Positions 25,801 through 37,081 of a stretch of DNA of 64,000 nt are shown piece by piece. Origin of the DNA: Trichosphaerium sp. ATCC 40318 (taxonomy: Eukaryota; Protista; Tubulinea). Under the pieces are notes generated by a model. The model was not told the origin of the DNA. It saw nothing but the letters and a program-made list of their open reading frames with translations, and made no database searches. Each line of letters starts with the position of its first letter. Position 1 is the first letter of the stretch. The translations under genes and the position numbers were made by a program. The stretch lies in NCBI GenBank assembly GCA_038496445.1, contig JALMLS010000453.1, positions 233,875 through 297,874 of the forward strand, given 5' to 3'.

Positions 25801-27882
25801 ATTGGTTACTTTTGCACAGGTCGTTGTGAGTGTACTCCATCCAATACTTGTTCTGGAGCTTGTGGTATGCTTAACGACGGATGTGGAACTACTCTCAATT
25901 GCGGAAATTGTTCAGCAGGCCAAGAATGTGAAAATAATCTTTGTGTTACACCGTATGATCAACCAAAAGTGTAGTTCGATTAATACTAAAACTGTATTTA
26001 GACCACCTGATCCACTCACACCCGCAGAATGTGATGAACTTTGTACAACAAGAAACATTGAGTGTGGTGGCGTTACTGAATGTCCTGGACATATTTGTGG
26101 TGCTTGTGTAAGTGGTGAAATGTGTTCAAACTTCCAATGTGTCACATGTCAAGGGTGTCATGCTCAAGCGACATGTGATCTATCTGGCTCATCTCCACAA
26201 TGTAAATGTGTCACTGGATACGAAGGAGATGGAATAGACTGCAACCCAAAACCTATCAATGAGAAACCATCTTTTAAAACGTTTAAAATAGGATCGGATG
26301 CCAATTGGAGGTAACGGTTTTTAAGCAATCTTATTTGCAAAATCACGTGTTCTATTTCTTACTTTTTTTCTTTTTTCAAGAATATTTCAAGAAGGCGCTA
26401 TCAAGAATTCTATTGATTTAGTAAATGCACCAAGTCCACATTGCATCCGATGGGAAGGGTACGTTTTAGCTTTTAGATGTTTCCACGTTCGAACTTTGAA
26501 ATGTTAACTTTATTCGTAGTACTGAAGAAATCCTTCCTGGTGGTACCATGACTATTGGTGTATCTGTTCTAAGAAGCGATGAAACCACTTTTGCTGCTAT
26601 TGGATATGGGTAAGTGCTGAGTAACAACAGGCTTTGTTTATTGATTTATCTTTGTAGTATGGGTAATACACAATTCCCAGACGCTATACTGATGTTGTAT
26701 ATTGAACCTGAGAGCAGTACCCAAATGAGAGTTGGTCAAACATACTACTGGGGTCGACGTGTACGAAAAAAAGTAGAAAGATGGGTTTTGAGACGTGTAA
26801 CTGTTTCATAGGGCTCATTGGATTACCGAACTGTAGATTGGGCAGTAGGCGAGTGGAAAGATATTACAATGTCAGTGGAAGCTGCTGGCGGAACGCGAAC
26901 CCGAACTAGTATAGGTGGAACTAACTTCGTATGCTATATAACAAACCCAAATTGTCATCTAATGTTTCTTTGTAAAAAGGTCTATGATTACACATACAAT
27001 GTCAACCCAGACGGCGGTGCTGTTGGTTTTTGTGGTCAAGGTTCTGCTTTCTTTAAGGACGTTTTACTCCTTACAGAGTCAAAACTTGAGTTTGTTATTT
27101 CCGGTTGTCCAACAGAAGAATTTGTGCGACAACGTCTCAAGACAATGCTTGGTATCACAGATGATCAACTTTCAGATATGACCTTAGTTGGCTCTGGATG
27201 TACTACAACGAAAAGACAAGCCGTTGCAGGTGCAACAACAGCTGTTTCAGTGACTGTTGTTGGTACTAAGAGTGTATCTTCAATATCAATTGTTTCGAAT
27301 CTACAGAACATCATCACATCCGGCTCAAACATTGCTTCTGCAAGTGGTATTGTTCCTTCATCAAGTACGGGAAACTATATTATTTCACAGTAAAGCTACG
27401 GATAATTAATTATCTGCCTAGTTGTGGTATCGTCTGTACCTGTTGCTGCTGCAACTCCAGCTGTAGCTGTTACTGCAGTTGGTGGTGCTGGTGCAGCCGC
27501 TGCCTCTGGTGGTCTTGGTGCTGGCGCTATTGCCGGTATCGCTGTAGGATCTGTTGTCGGTATTGCTGTTGTAGCTGCTGCAATTGGTGGAGTAGTTTAC
27601 GCCACAAAGAAACAAGATGTTCATGTACGTAATAACAACAAAGCATTTCCTTTTGTTAGAATAATTTGTATTGGCTTGTGCTATGATTTGTTCTTACATA
27701 TTCTTGTTTAGACTTCTGATACACCTCAATCGAATACTTCTCCAGGTGTAACAATGTCAAATGATACCAAACAAGAAGATGCTGCTGCGAGAGATGGTGT
27801 TAACGTGATGGGAGGTCCAAAAAGACCAGATGGACCTTCTATTACTGCTAGAAATCAAAATGTTGTTGTAAGTCCAAATTGA
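22882..27882 (+). CDS. M12B metalloprotease-CAP-Cys-rich-EGF protein, copy 3 (apparent 2-nt frameshift near 24875)
   Basis: HEIGHNFGCNHD, GILFP. TGCGGTCTGT here versus TGCGGAGTCTGT in copy 4 shifts the frame, so this is a pseudogene, truncated product or assembly error. Confidence 0.8.
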
Positions 27883-28454
27883 AGATAGTCAGACAAACTA
27901 GAACAGATCCAGATTAGCTGACTGTACTTTCATACCAATCACAATAAATCAGTATTGCTGCATAATGCTTAACTTTTCAGTTTCTTGCTATAAACGCCAC
28001 ACGAGTAATTAACCAAGTGCTACAGAATCATTAGTTTTTTATCGCTCTAACTACTCAAATCATCTCTGTTTATCCACGTTGGTTTTCTGACAGAAATGTG
28101 TTTTGCGAGGAAATCTCAGCAGGAATTGATGGCTAAATATTGTTGAAACTATTTCGTAGAGTTCAGTGAGACGAAAGTATGTCTAGAAGTGGCTGAAGAA
28201 AAGTTTAAAAGTATGTATCATATTTTGCTACAATACCTTTTTACTCCTTCTTAGCCAGCTTGCCATTACTAAACAGCTTTGGTTGTTTAGGGTACTCTGC
28301 TATGAAAAGCAGTGGTTGTAGGCTACCACGGTCTTCATAGGTATTAGCAATGTTATACTGCAATTTGCTGTGTACTTCTTTATACAATACAGGCTGTGGT
28401 GGCCGTCAACTATATTGTTACAAGAAACATTCAGGTTTGAGATTGTGATAATGC

Positions 28455-28865
28455 TTTATTGTGAATGATATGGAGGTACAAGATAATCTGTAGTCTTCAA
28501 TTTGGACTTACACCACAGTTTTGAGTTCTAGTAGCAATCGAAGTACATCTAAGTTTGGGATCTATATCATGTGCGGTGTTGTAAGTCCAAATTGAGGACA
28601 TTTCATATGATCTCACGAAGCATCTTTCTTTGGTATCGCTTGACTGTTGTACCTGAGAATAATCGATTGAATCGTCTTCGAAGGCTATACAAGCAACTTA
28701 TGTAAGAACAGAATAGACACGTAACATAATCTCTTTTTTACGTACCTAAATATGCGTGCATACTCCGCTTTGCCAATCACAGCAACAATATCGAAAGCCG
28801 ATGTAGCAATACTGGCAATAGCGCTGGCAGCAGACCTCCAGAGGCAGGCAACAGCAGTGATATAG
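28455..28865 (-). pseudogene. Second degenerate inverted relic of the protease 3' end
   Basis: Homologous to 21355-21780. Confidence 0.85.
28493..28599. ncRNA. Candidate miRNA-like hairpin B
   Basis: Arms GTCTTCAATTTGGACTTACA (28493-28512) and TGTAAGTCCAAATTGAGGAC (28580-28599) are identical to the core of hairpin A, while the loop has diverged. Confidence 0.5.
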
Positions 28866-29917
28866 ACATTTTGAAGATTCACTCACGTGGTACCACAGCC
28901 GCTCACGTAAATGATAATTTGTTTCAAATGAAACATGGCAACGCTTAAATGAAGTTCTGAATTTGGCTACAAACCCAGAATTTAAAGTTTTATGTTAAAC
29001 TCGGCCCGAGTTATTTAGAGGAACTCAGTGTCAAAACTACATCCTGATAAAATTGTCTTGACAGCAATATCTGAACCATTGATAGCTTTTAATGTCTTTG
29101 TATAACTTTCACTAGATTTCTCGTCATTTTTTTGCAGCACTACAAAAAATGGGATTCAAAAGTATCCTGCGTTATAGAATTTGAGGTATATTGAACTGAC
29201 TACTGTTCAATGTTCTAGAAGCAATCCGTGCGGTACTTCCGCTATATTGTGAGCTGAAACCACATTAAACTGGGTACACTAAAAAAGCTGGTGAATTTTT
29301 GTCTCGCATTCATAGCCTGCACTTTTGGGAATATTAAATAACAACTTACGCCCTTCATGGTTTGCGAAATAACACTATTTTTGCTGCTGTTTTACAAACA
29401 AACAGACTCGCCTGCCAACGGTGTAGGTTCACATACCGCAACCCGTGGCACTTTAATTCATGCCAAACTGATTTTTGTGCTTTTGCACGTGATTTGTTTA
29501 GCATCCAGCATTGAACTACTTGGGGCATTAACGTATTCTAGGATATCTTGGTTCATAGTGATAGCCTAATACGTATTACGTCACATTCTTGTGAATGGAA
29601 AAGGGAATATCAAACAATCTTGCATCAACAGTATACTTGTGATTATAATGGCACTAAGAGACGGTGCTGGAAATACAGCGGTTTAAAAAAAGCTAAGTCA
29701 CCCAACAAAGGTGCATACACAAACGTTTCTCTGACACCTAATCACAGCTAGCTAAGGCAAATTCTATGTCTGCCCGCGGTTTTAGCAAAGCCGTCAAAAT
29801 ATCTTAGATTGCTTTTGTGCATGTGTACGGTATTCGCTAGCACGCTAGCTCTTGAAATCTCGTGAACCTTTTAACATATTGAAACAATAGCACATAAAGC
29901 GCATCTCATCTTCAACA

Positions 29918-32900
29918 ATGTTGCGCCTCTTGGCTTTGGCTTTATATCTTATTGTGGTAATGGTTTCGTGTTACGAGCAGGCATACTGGGATAGAGTCAA
30001 TGATTATGACGTTGCCATTAAAAGTACATACTTGCTTTTTTCTGTACCATGTTCCAAAAAACCAAAACAAACTGTTTTATTGCAAGATACGTACAAGCCG
30101 GTTCATTGATTTTAACTTTCTATTGTAGTGGATCTATCTCCAGCACGCTTCTCAAAGCGTAGTGGTGGTATTGAAAGACGTTTCGTAATCCATAAAGCGA
30201 ACAATGAAAAGAAAGTATTCCGAGTCAGATCGTATTCTGTGTTTGGTCCTGATGCAGAGGTAAGTTCTCGTGATAGCATCTTGCTCGAAAAAGCTCTTCC
30301 ATTTTAGCCAGAATTTCTCTTTAGTAAGCCAAACCGATTGTTAACACTGTATTGTAGATTGAAGTACAAGTCAATGGAACAATTACAAGTTATCCTCCTC
30401 CCACAAACGGATACAAGGGTATTGGAAGCAATCACCAAGATCTCCGTTTTATCGCTCATGAGGATGGTACCTTCTCAGGTGCTTTTGTTATTGATGGCGA
30501 TAGAGTTGTATTTGACCTTGCTTCGAAGTACGCCAATTTTTGTGTTGTCACGTAATTTTTTAAAGCACGTGATAGGCAACTTTTTTAGTCAATTCTCAAC
30601 TTCGAAAAAAATGTTCTTTATTGTTCCGTACCGACTCGGATGAAGCATACTTACCTCTTTTTTTTAGCCACAAATCATTTATGAACAAGAGACATCTCGA
30701 AAAGCTTGCTGAAGGGAAATACGTACTCATCAGGTGGATAGTAATATGGCAAACCAACCATCTAACTTCTTTTTTAGAGAAAGCATGATGGATCCAGACC
30801 CACAGGATTATTCATGCGGCACTGGAGGTCATACACATAGCGCTATACCTAAGAGGTAACGTAAACCAAGAATGCATACTTGCATGTTTATTCTCCTTAG
30901 GATGGTTGAAGACCAATCAATAGTTCCACGTTTGACATCTGTAGCACCTTCTCCTTGTCCTCGAACAAATAAACAATTGATGCAAGTAAGTTACCCTTAG
31001 TTATATTTAGGATTAGTTTTAAAATACGTTTTAGGCTGTTATTACAGATGCTGGGTTTGTTGCAAAGTTGGGTGGAAGACAACCAGCGATTGACTTCATT
31101 AATCAAAGTACTTTATTTTCGTTGTTCTGCTGTACGTTGTTGATTTAAATTTAGTATGGATGGACATGAACGTGTACTATGAGAGAGATTTTGTGCGTTT
31201 TCTTTGTTATTTCTTGTTTTGCGCACTAATACATTACAATGTAGAACGTTCATCTCACAATTGAATCCCTTCAAATCAATGAATCACCTGGCGGTCCAAA
31301 TTGGAACACACTTGATACCAATTGTCCTGGTATCAGCACAAAACTGGATCAAATCTCGACATGGAAAGAAGACAACAAACCTGATGTAGGTCTTCTTCAT
31401 CTTATGACAAACTGTTATAGTGGTATAGTTGGAAAGGCTTGGATCGGCGTACTATGCAGAACAGTACGTACTAAAATTTTGTATAATTTCATATTTGTTT
31501 TTAACATCAATGTAACATTGCGCTAGGATGGTGCAGCTGTTTCAAATTATTTGGATAGTAGACACGCAGCCCATCGTATTGTTGGTCATGAAATTGGTCA
31601 TAACTTTGGTGGTAATCATGATGAAGCTAATGGAGGTGCGAAAACTTAAAAACAATCCACAACCAAACACTTTTTTCCAGGTATCTTGTTTCCAAGTGTA
31701 AACCATAGACCGTACGTTTCACTGTTACTTGCCGATTTTTGAGGTAACTTTCTGTAGTTCAACGGACTACGATCGGTTTTCCCAATTTAGTATTGGTCAA
31801 GCTTGTGCTCATATCAGTTCAATTAATTGCCTTGCCGATTATAACTCAGGATGTACTGTTTCTTGTGGAACAAAAGAGTGTGGTCCAAGTAACTGTGTTG
31901 GAAGGCTATGCGGAGTCTGTGAAGGGCTTAACGAATGTAAGAATGGGCAATGTGTTCCGTGTGATCAACAATGCGGTACCAAAGAATGTGGTCCAGACGC
32001 TTGCGGTAACAGTGACGGTTGTGGTACTTGTGATTCAGGAAGTCAATGTAGAAATGATAAGTGTGAGGTTATACCTCCATTTCCTCAAGATATTCTTCAA
32101 GTTGTAAATGATGAAAGGTACTCAAAGTGATTTAAGACCTTAAAATCTTATTTTTATTAACACCTTTTTTGTAGAGCTTTGTATGGTCTTAATGCTGTTG
32201 AATGGGACACAGATTTACTTTCCCAAGTTAATGAATACTTGGCTACTTGCAACGAAGACCTGAAACGTTATTCAATTGGTGGCGATATAAACGTAAAAGG
32301 TGATAGTGAGTTTAACATTGCTGGTGAACTTGCCAAGATGTTAGAGAAAAAACGTTTATGGACCTGTGATACTGATGTAATTGGACCATCTTATGATGGT
32401 AATGAAGATTTCTACATATGGCGATACAAGTACGTACAAAGCCTCAAACAACTATTTTTTTTCATTTTGAATCTAACATTTTATTTGCAAGGATCATTGT
32501 TTCTGACAGCCAGACTAAAATGGCATGTAGCCAACGCCAATGTGGTGACAGACACCTCATGTATTGTGCATTCACTAGATTCCAAAATTACGACGAAAGA
32601 CCGTTTCCTAAAGATCAGTGTAGTACGTAACAAAAAAACTACAACAGTTTGATAGTATTTCACTAATAATGAATAGACTTTGAATGCACAAATACCCGTA
32701 ATCCAAATGTCTGTACAGAACGAGGAAAGAATTGTGGTTCTACTTTTGATGGATGTGAAGATATTTCTTGTGGATCTTGTAGTGGTCCAAACACGTGCTC
32801 TTCTGAAGGTAGACAACATTCTTTTATAGTTTTGATTAGTTACTTTTGTACAGGTCGTTGTGAGTGTACTCCATCCAATACTTGTTCTGGAGCTTGTGGT

Positions 32901-34918
32901 ATGCTTAATGACGGATGTGGAACTACTCTCAATTGCGGAAATTGTTCAGCAGGCCAAGAATGTGAAAATAATCTTTGTGTTACGCCGTACGTGGCCACCA
33001 AAAGTGTAGTGTTCGATTAATACTAAAACTGTATTTAGACCACCTGATCCACTCACACCTGCAGAATGTGATGAACTTTGTACAACAAGAAACATTGAGT
33101 GTGGTGGCGTTACTGAATGTCCTGGACATATTTGTGGTGCTTGTGTAAGTGGTGAAATGTGTTCAAACTTCCAATGTGTCACATGTCAAGGATGTCATGC
33201 TCAAGCGACATGTGATCTATCTGGCTCAACTCCACAATGTAAATGCGTCACTGGATACGAAGGAGATGGAATAGACTGCAACCCAAAACCTATCAATGAG
33301 AAACCATCTTTTAAAACGTTTAAAATAGGATCAGATGCCAATTGGAGGTAACGGTTTTTAAGCAATCTTATTTGCAAAATCACGTGTTCTATTTCTTACT
33401 TTTTTTCTTTTTTCAAGAATATTTCAAGAAGGCGCTATCAAGAATTCTATTGATTTAGTAAACGCACCAAGTCCACATTGCATCCGATGGGAAGGGTACG
33501 TTTTAGCTTTTAGATGTTTCCACGTTTGAACGTTGAAATATTAACTTTATTCGTAGTACTGAAGAAATCCTTCCTGGTGGTACCATGACTATTGGTGTAT
33601 CTGTTCTAAGAAGTGATGAAACCACTTTTGCTGCTATTGGATATGGGTAAGTGTTGAGTAACAACAGGCTTGGTTTATTGATTTATCTTTGTAGTATGGG
33701 TAATACACAATACCCAGACGCTATACTGATGGTATACATTGAACCTGAGAGCAGCACCCAAATGAGAGTTGGTCAAACATACTACTGGGGTCGAAATCGC
33801 GTAAGGAGGAAGAAAGTCTTGAGGAGGTTTTTAAGAGTTAACTGTTTTATAGGGCTCATTGAATTACCGAACTGTAGATTGGGCAGTAGGCGAGTGGAAA
33901 GATATTACAATGTCAGTGGAAGCTGCTGGCGGAACGCGAACCCGAACTAGTATAGGCGGAACTAACTTCGTATGCTATAACAAACCCAAATTGTCATCTA
34001 ATGTTTCTTTGTAAAGGTCTATGATTACACATACAATGTCAACCCAGATGGCGGTGCTGTTGGATTTTGCGGTCAAGGTTCTGCTTTCTTTAAGGATGTT
34101 TTACTCCTTACAGAGTCAAAACTTGAGTTTGTTATTTCCGGTTGTCCATCAGAAGAATTTGTGCGACAACGTCTCAAGAATGCTTGGTATCACAGATGAT
34201 CAACTTTCAGATATGACCTTGGTTGGCTCTGGATGTACTTCATCAAAAAGACAAGCCGCTGCAGGTGCAACAACAGCTGTTTCAGTGACTGTTGTTGGTA
34301 CTAAGAGTGTATCTTCAATATCAATTGTTTCGAATCTACAGAACATCATCACATCTGGCTCAAACATTGCTTCTGCAAGTGGTATTGTTCCTTCATCAAG
34401 TACGGAAAACTATATTATTTCACAGTAAATCTACGGATAATTAATTATCTGCCTAGTTGCGGTATCGTCTGTACCTGTTGCTGCTGCAACTCCAGCTGTA
34501 GCTGTTACTGCAGTTGGTGGTGCTGGCGCAGCCGCTGCCTCTAGTGGTCTTGGTGCTGGCGCTATTGCCGGTATCGCTGTAGGATCTGTTGTCGGTATTG
34601 CTGTTGTAGCTGCTGCAATTGGTGGAGTAGTTTATGCAACAAAGAAACAAGATGTTCATGTACGTAGAAGGAATAAAGCATTTCCTTTTGTTAGAATAGT
34701 TTGTATTGGCTTTGTGCTATGATTTGTTCTTACATATTCTTGTTTAGACTTCTGACACACCTCAATCGAATACTTCTCCAGGTGTAACAATGTCAAATGA
34801 TACCAAGCAAGAAGATACTGCCACGAGAGATGGCGTTAACGTGATGGGAGGTCCAAAAAGACCAGATGGACCTTCTATTACTGCTAGAAATCAAAACGTT
34901 ATTGTAAGTCCAAATTGA
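29918..34918 (+). CDS. M12B metalloprotease-CAP-Cys-rich-EGF protein, copy 4 (apparent 2-nt frameshift near 34178)
   Basis: HEIGHNFGGNHD, GILFP. CTCAAGAATGCTT here versus CTCAAGACAATGCTT in copies 2 and 3. Confidence 0.8.
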
Positions 34919-35179
34919 GGACAGACAGACAAACTAGAACAGATCCAGATTAGCTGGCTGTACTTTCATACCAATCACAATAAATCATTATCACATTAAG
35001 CTATTTTTTGTTTCCTAATGTCCGTATTAACACAAGCCAAGTTCTCTTGGAAAGTCGGTAAAAGTCAGTTTGCAAACGTGTACAATACCTATGCTAACAA
35101 TCAACCCACTCTGGCAGTAAAACTACTTTAGCCCTTTAATTAAGTAGTTAGATATTCGCCACATTATGATTTTGATTGA

Positions 35180-35295
35180 ACTTCGAACACCACAGTTGCT
35201 CCGACTAGCCCCAACCATATTGCCACCAATTAGCACTTCACGTGTCCTATTTAGAAGCGTACTTATGCTAGTAGCTATAGTGCTTTCACTTTGAG
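35180..35295 (+). pseudogene. Relic of the 3' end of the GPI-type surface gene
   Basis: CACAGTTGCTCCGACT...CCACCAATTAGCACTTCACGTGTCCTATTTAGAAG...GTGCTTTCACTTTGAGA matches 36860-36970. Confidence 0.8.
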
Positions 35296-35501
35296 ACGCA
35301 TACAAATACCTTAATTAAAACAGGTTTCGCATGAGACAATATTAATGTTAAGTTTTTTCCATTGTATCAAGATGCCAACTTGCTAACAGAAAACCGCCAA
35401 TACAATGAAGCAGAGTCTTACCTTAGTACATTTTTTTTCAAGCCAGTGCTTAACATAATGCGCTCCCGGGTTTTGTTGCAAAACACCTTTTTTTAGCAAC
35501 G

Positions 35502-36968
35502 ATGGAAATATCTCACCTCTGTTTTCTGCTTGCCTTATGCATTTCAATCTCCACAGCCGCTATCCCTGAAACGTTTGACAGCTATGTAGTAGATTACGTA
35601 GAGAATCGGTTTACAGTCAATCAAACCAGTGGTATTCGTTTTTTAAACAGGGTGGATCCAACTCAAGTGCTTACTGGTACGTTTTAAAGCCGAAAACCTC
35701 CTCAGGAGCAAAACTATTTTATTCAAAAGTGAAAAGGGTCTAAACGTTTTACTAGAGTGTGCAGATGTCACCACAACGCGGTTTTATGATGTGGTGGGTG
35801 TCGCTGTACTACCAGATGACCGTATTGTGCTTTCTCGTGGTCCAACTATTGCCGGAGGGCTGGCTAGTGAATCAACGCTTGTATACGATAGAAACTGTAC
35901 ACAGGTACGCGGAGAGTTCGGTTTTCGGCAAAACGAGATTTTTTGTAGTATAGACCTTTTCTACGCGTATTACTCCACAATGCGCACGTCACTGCATTGG
36001 TAGCACCAAAAAACCCCGAAAACCCCAACAACTTAACCGTGCATAAACGCATGAAAAACGTTAGGACGCCGTTTTATAACACAACAGCCATTTTACAAGT
36101 GTTTACTCCCTCCTCATATGTTATTTAGTTAAAAGAGTGCAACATTAGCGCATACTCTTCATTGAGTGTTGATCCAACAACTGGGAAGTTGTTCATGTGG
36201 GGTGAAATTAAAGAAAGGTCATCTGTGGTCATAGGACTCGCAGAACTTGATGTAGATACTTGTAATGTAACAAAGAGATGTCCTGATATTGTCACAGGCA
36301 CTCCTGATACGCAACACGGTAAGTTAATATTGGTACAGTACAGAAAATGGACCTAATGTTGGGTTTTATAAAGTTGCTGTTATTGGTGATTTTCTGTATC
36401 GTATTGGTACCTCTGGTATGATCATGGAAGCTTCGATTCCTCAAGATAATCTCACTGCGAATTGTGAAACAACAAGAACTGAGTCATCCCCAAGTTTTTG
36501 TACAAACCCAAATGGTACGACTTCTTGCCGTTTATTATCTTGTTTGAATACAAACTTATCACTTTTCTAGGTTTGACAACACTGGATGTTGAAACTCTAC
36601 TTATTGTATGTGATAATTCATCAGTAGTGCTATTCAACATCACATCGTTCACATTCTCAGACATTGTCGAAAACAATGTTACTGTTGGTCTTTTTGACAT
36701 GGCCTTGTTTCCAAACCCAAGTATTGTACCTCCTCCACCAACCACTGTACCTCCTACTACCGTTGCTCCTACAACTGCTCCAACAACGACAGCACCAACT
36801 GCTGCTTCAAACACAACTGTTGCTCCAACAACGACAGCACCAACTGCTACTTCAAACACAACTGTTGCTCCAACTACAGCATCTCCAACCACATCGCCAC
36901 CAAGTAGCACTTCACGTGTTGTATTTGGAAGTTTACTTGTGCTATCAATGGTGATGCTTTCACTTTGA
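35502..36968 (+). CDS. Secreted, probably GPI-anchored surface protein (beta-rich/propeller-like domain plus Thr/Pro mucin stalk), paralogue A
   Basis: Signal MEISHLCFLLALCISISTA, exons with AVLPDDRIVLS and LSVDPTTGKLFMWG, stalk with a 45-nt tandem repeat (PTTTAPTA.SNTTVA x2), C-terminal SSTSRVVFGSLLVLSMVMLSL*. Confidence 0.8.
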
Positions 36969-37081
36969 GATACTAAAAACCAAAATCTAATAAACAAGTT
37001 TCGAGAATAGTTATGTACCGTTGGTTTTTGGGAAAGTTGATTGGACTGGAATTGCTTTTATTTACAAGTTGTATTACAAAA

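Larger units (their letters stand above)
14820..34990 (+). repeat. Tandem array of three ~7.0-7.2 kb units (upstream region plus metalloprotease gene)
   Basis: Start codons at 15716, 22882 and 29918 (spacing 7166 and 7036). The ~0.9 kb upstream blocks are homologous, e.g. ACTTTCACTAGATTTCTCGTCATT and GAAACCACATTAAACTGGGTACACTAAAAAAGC occur in all three. Confidence 0.95.
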
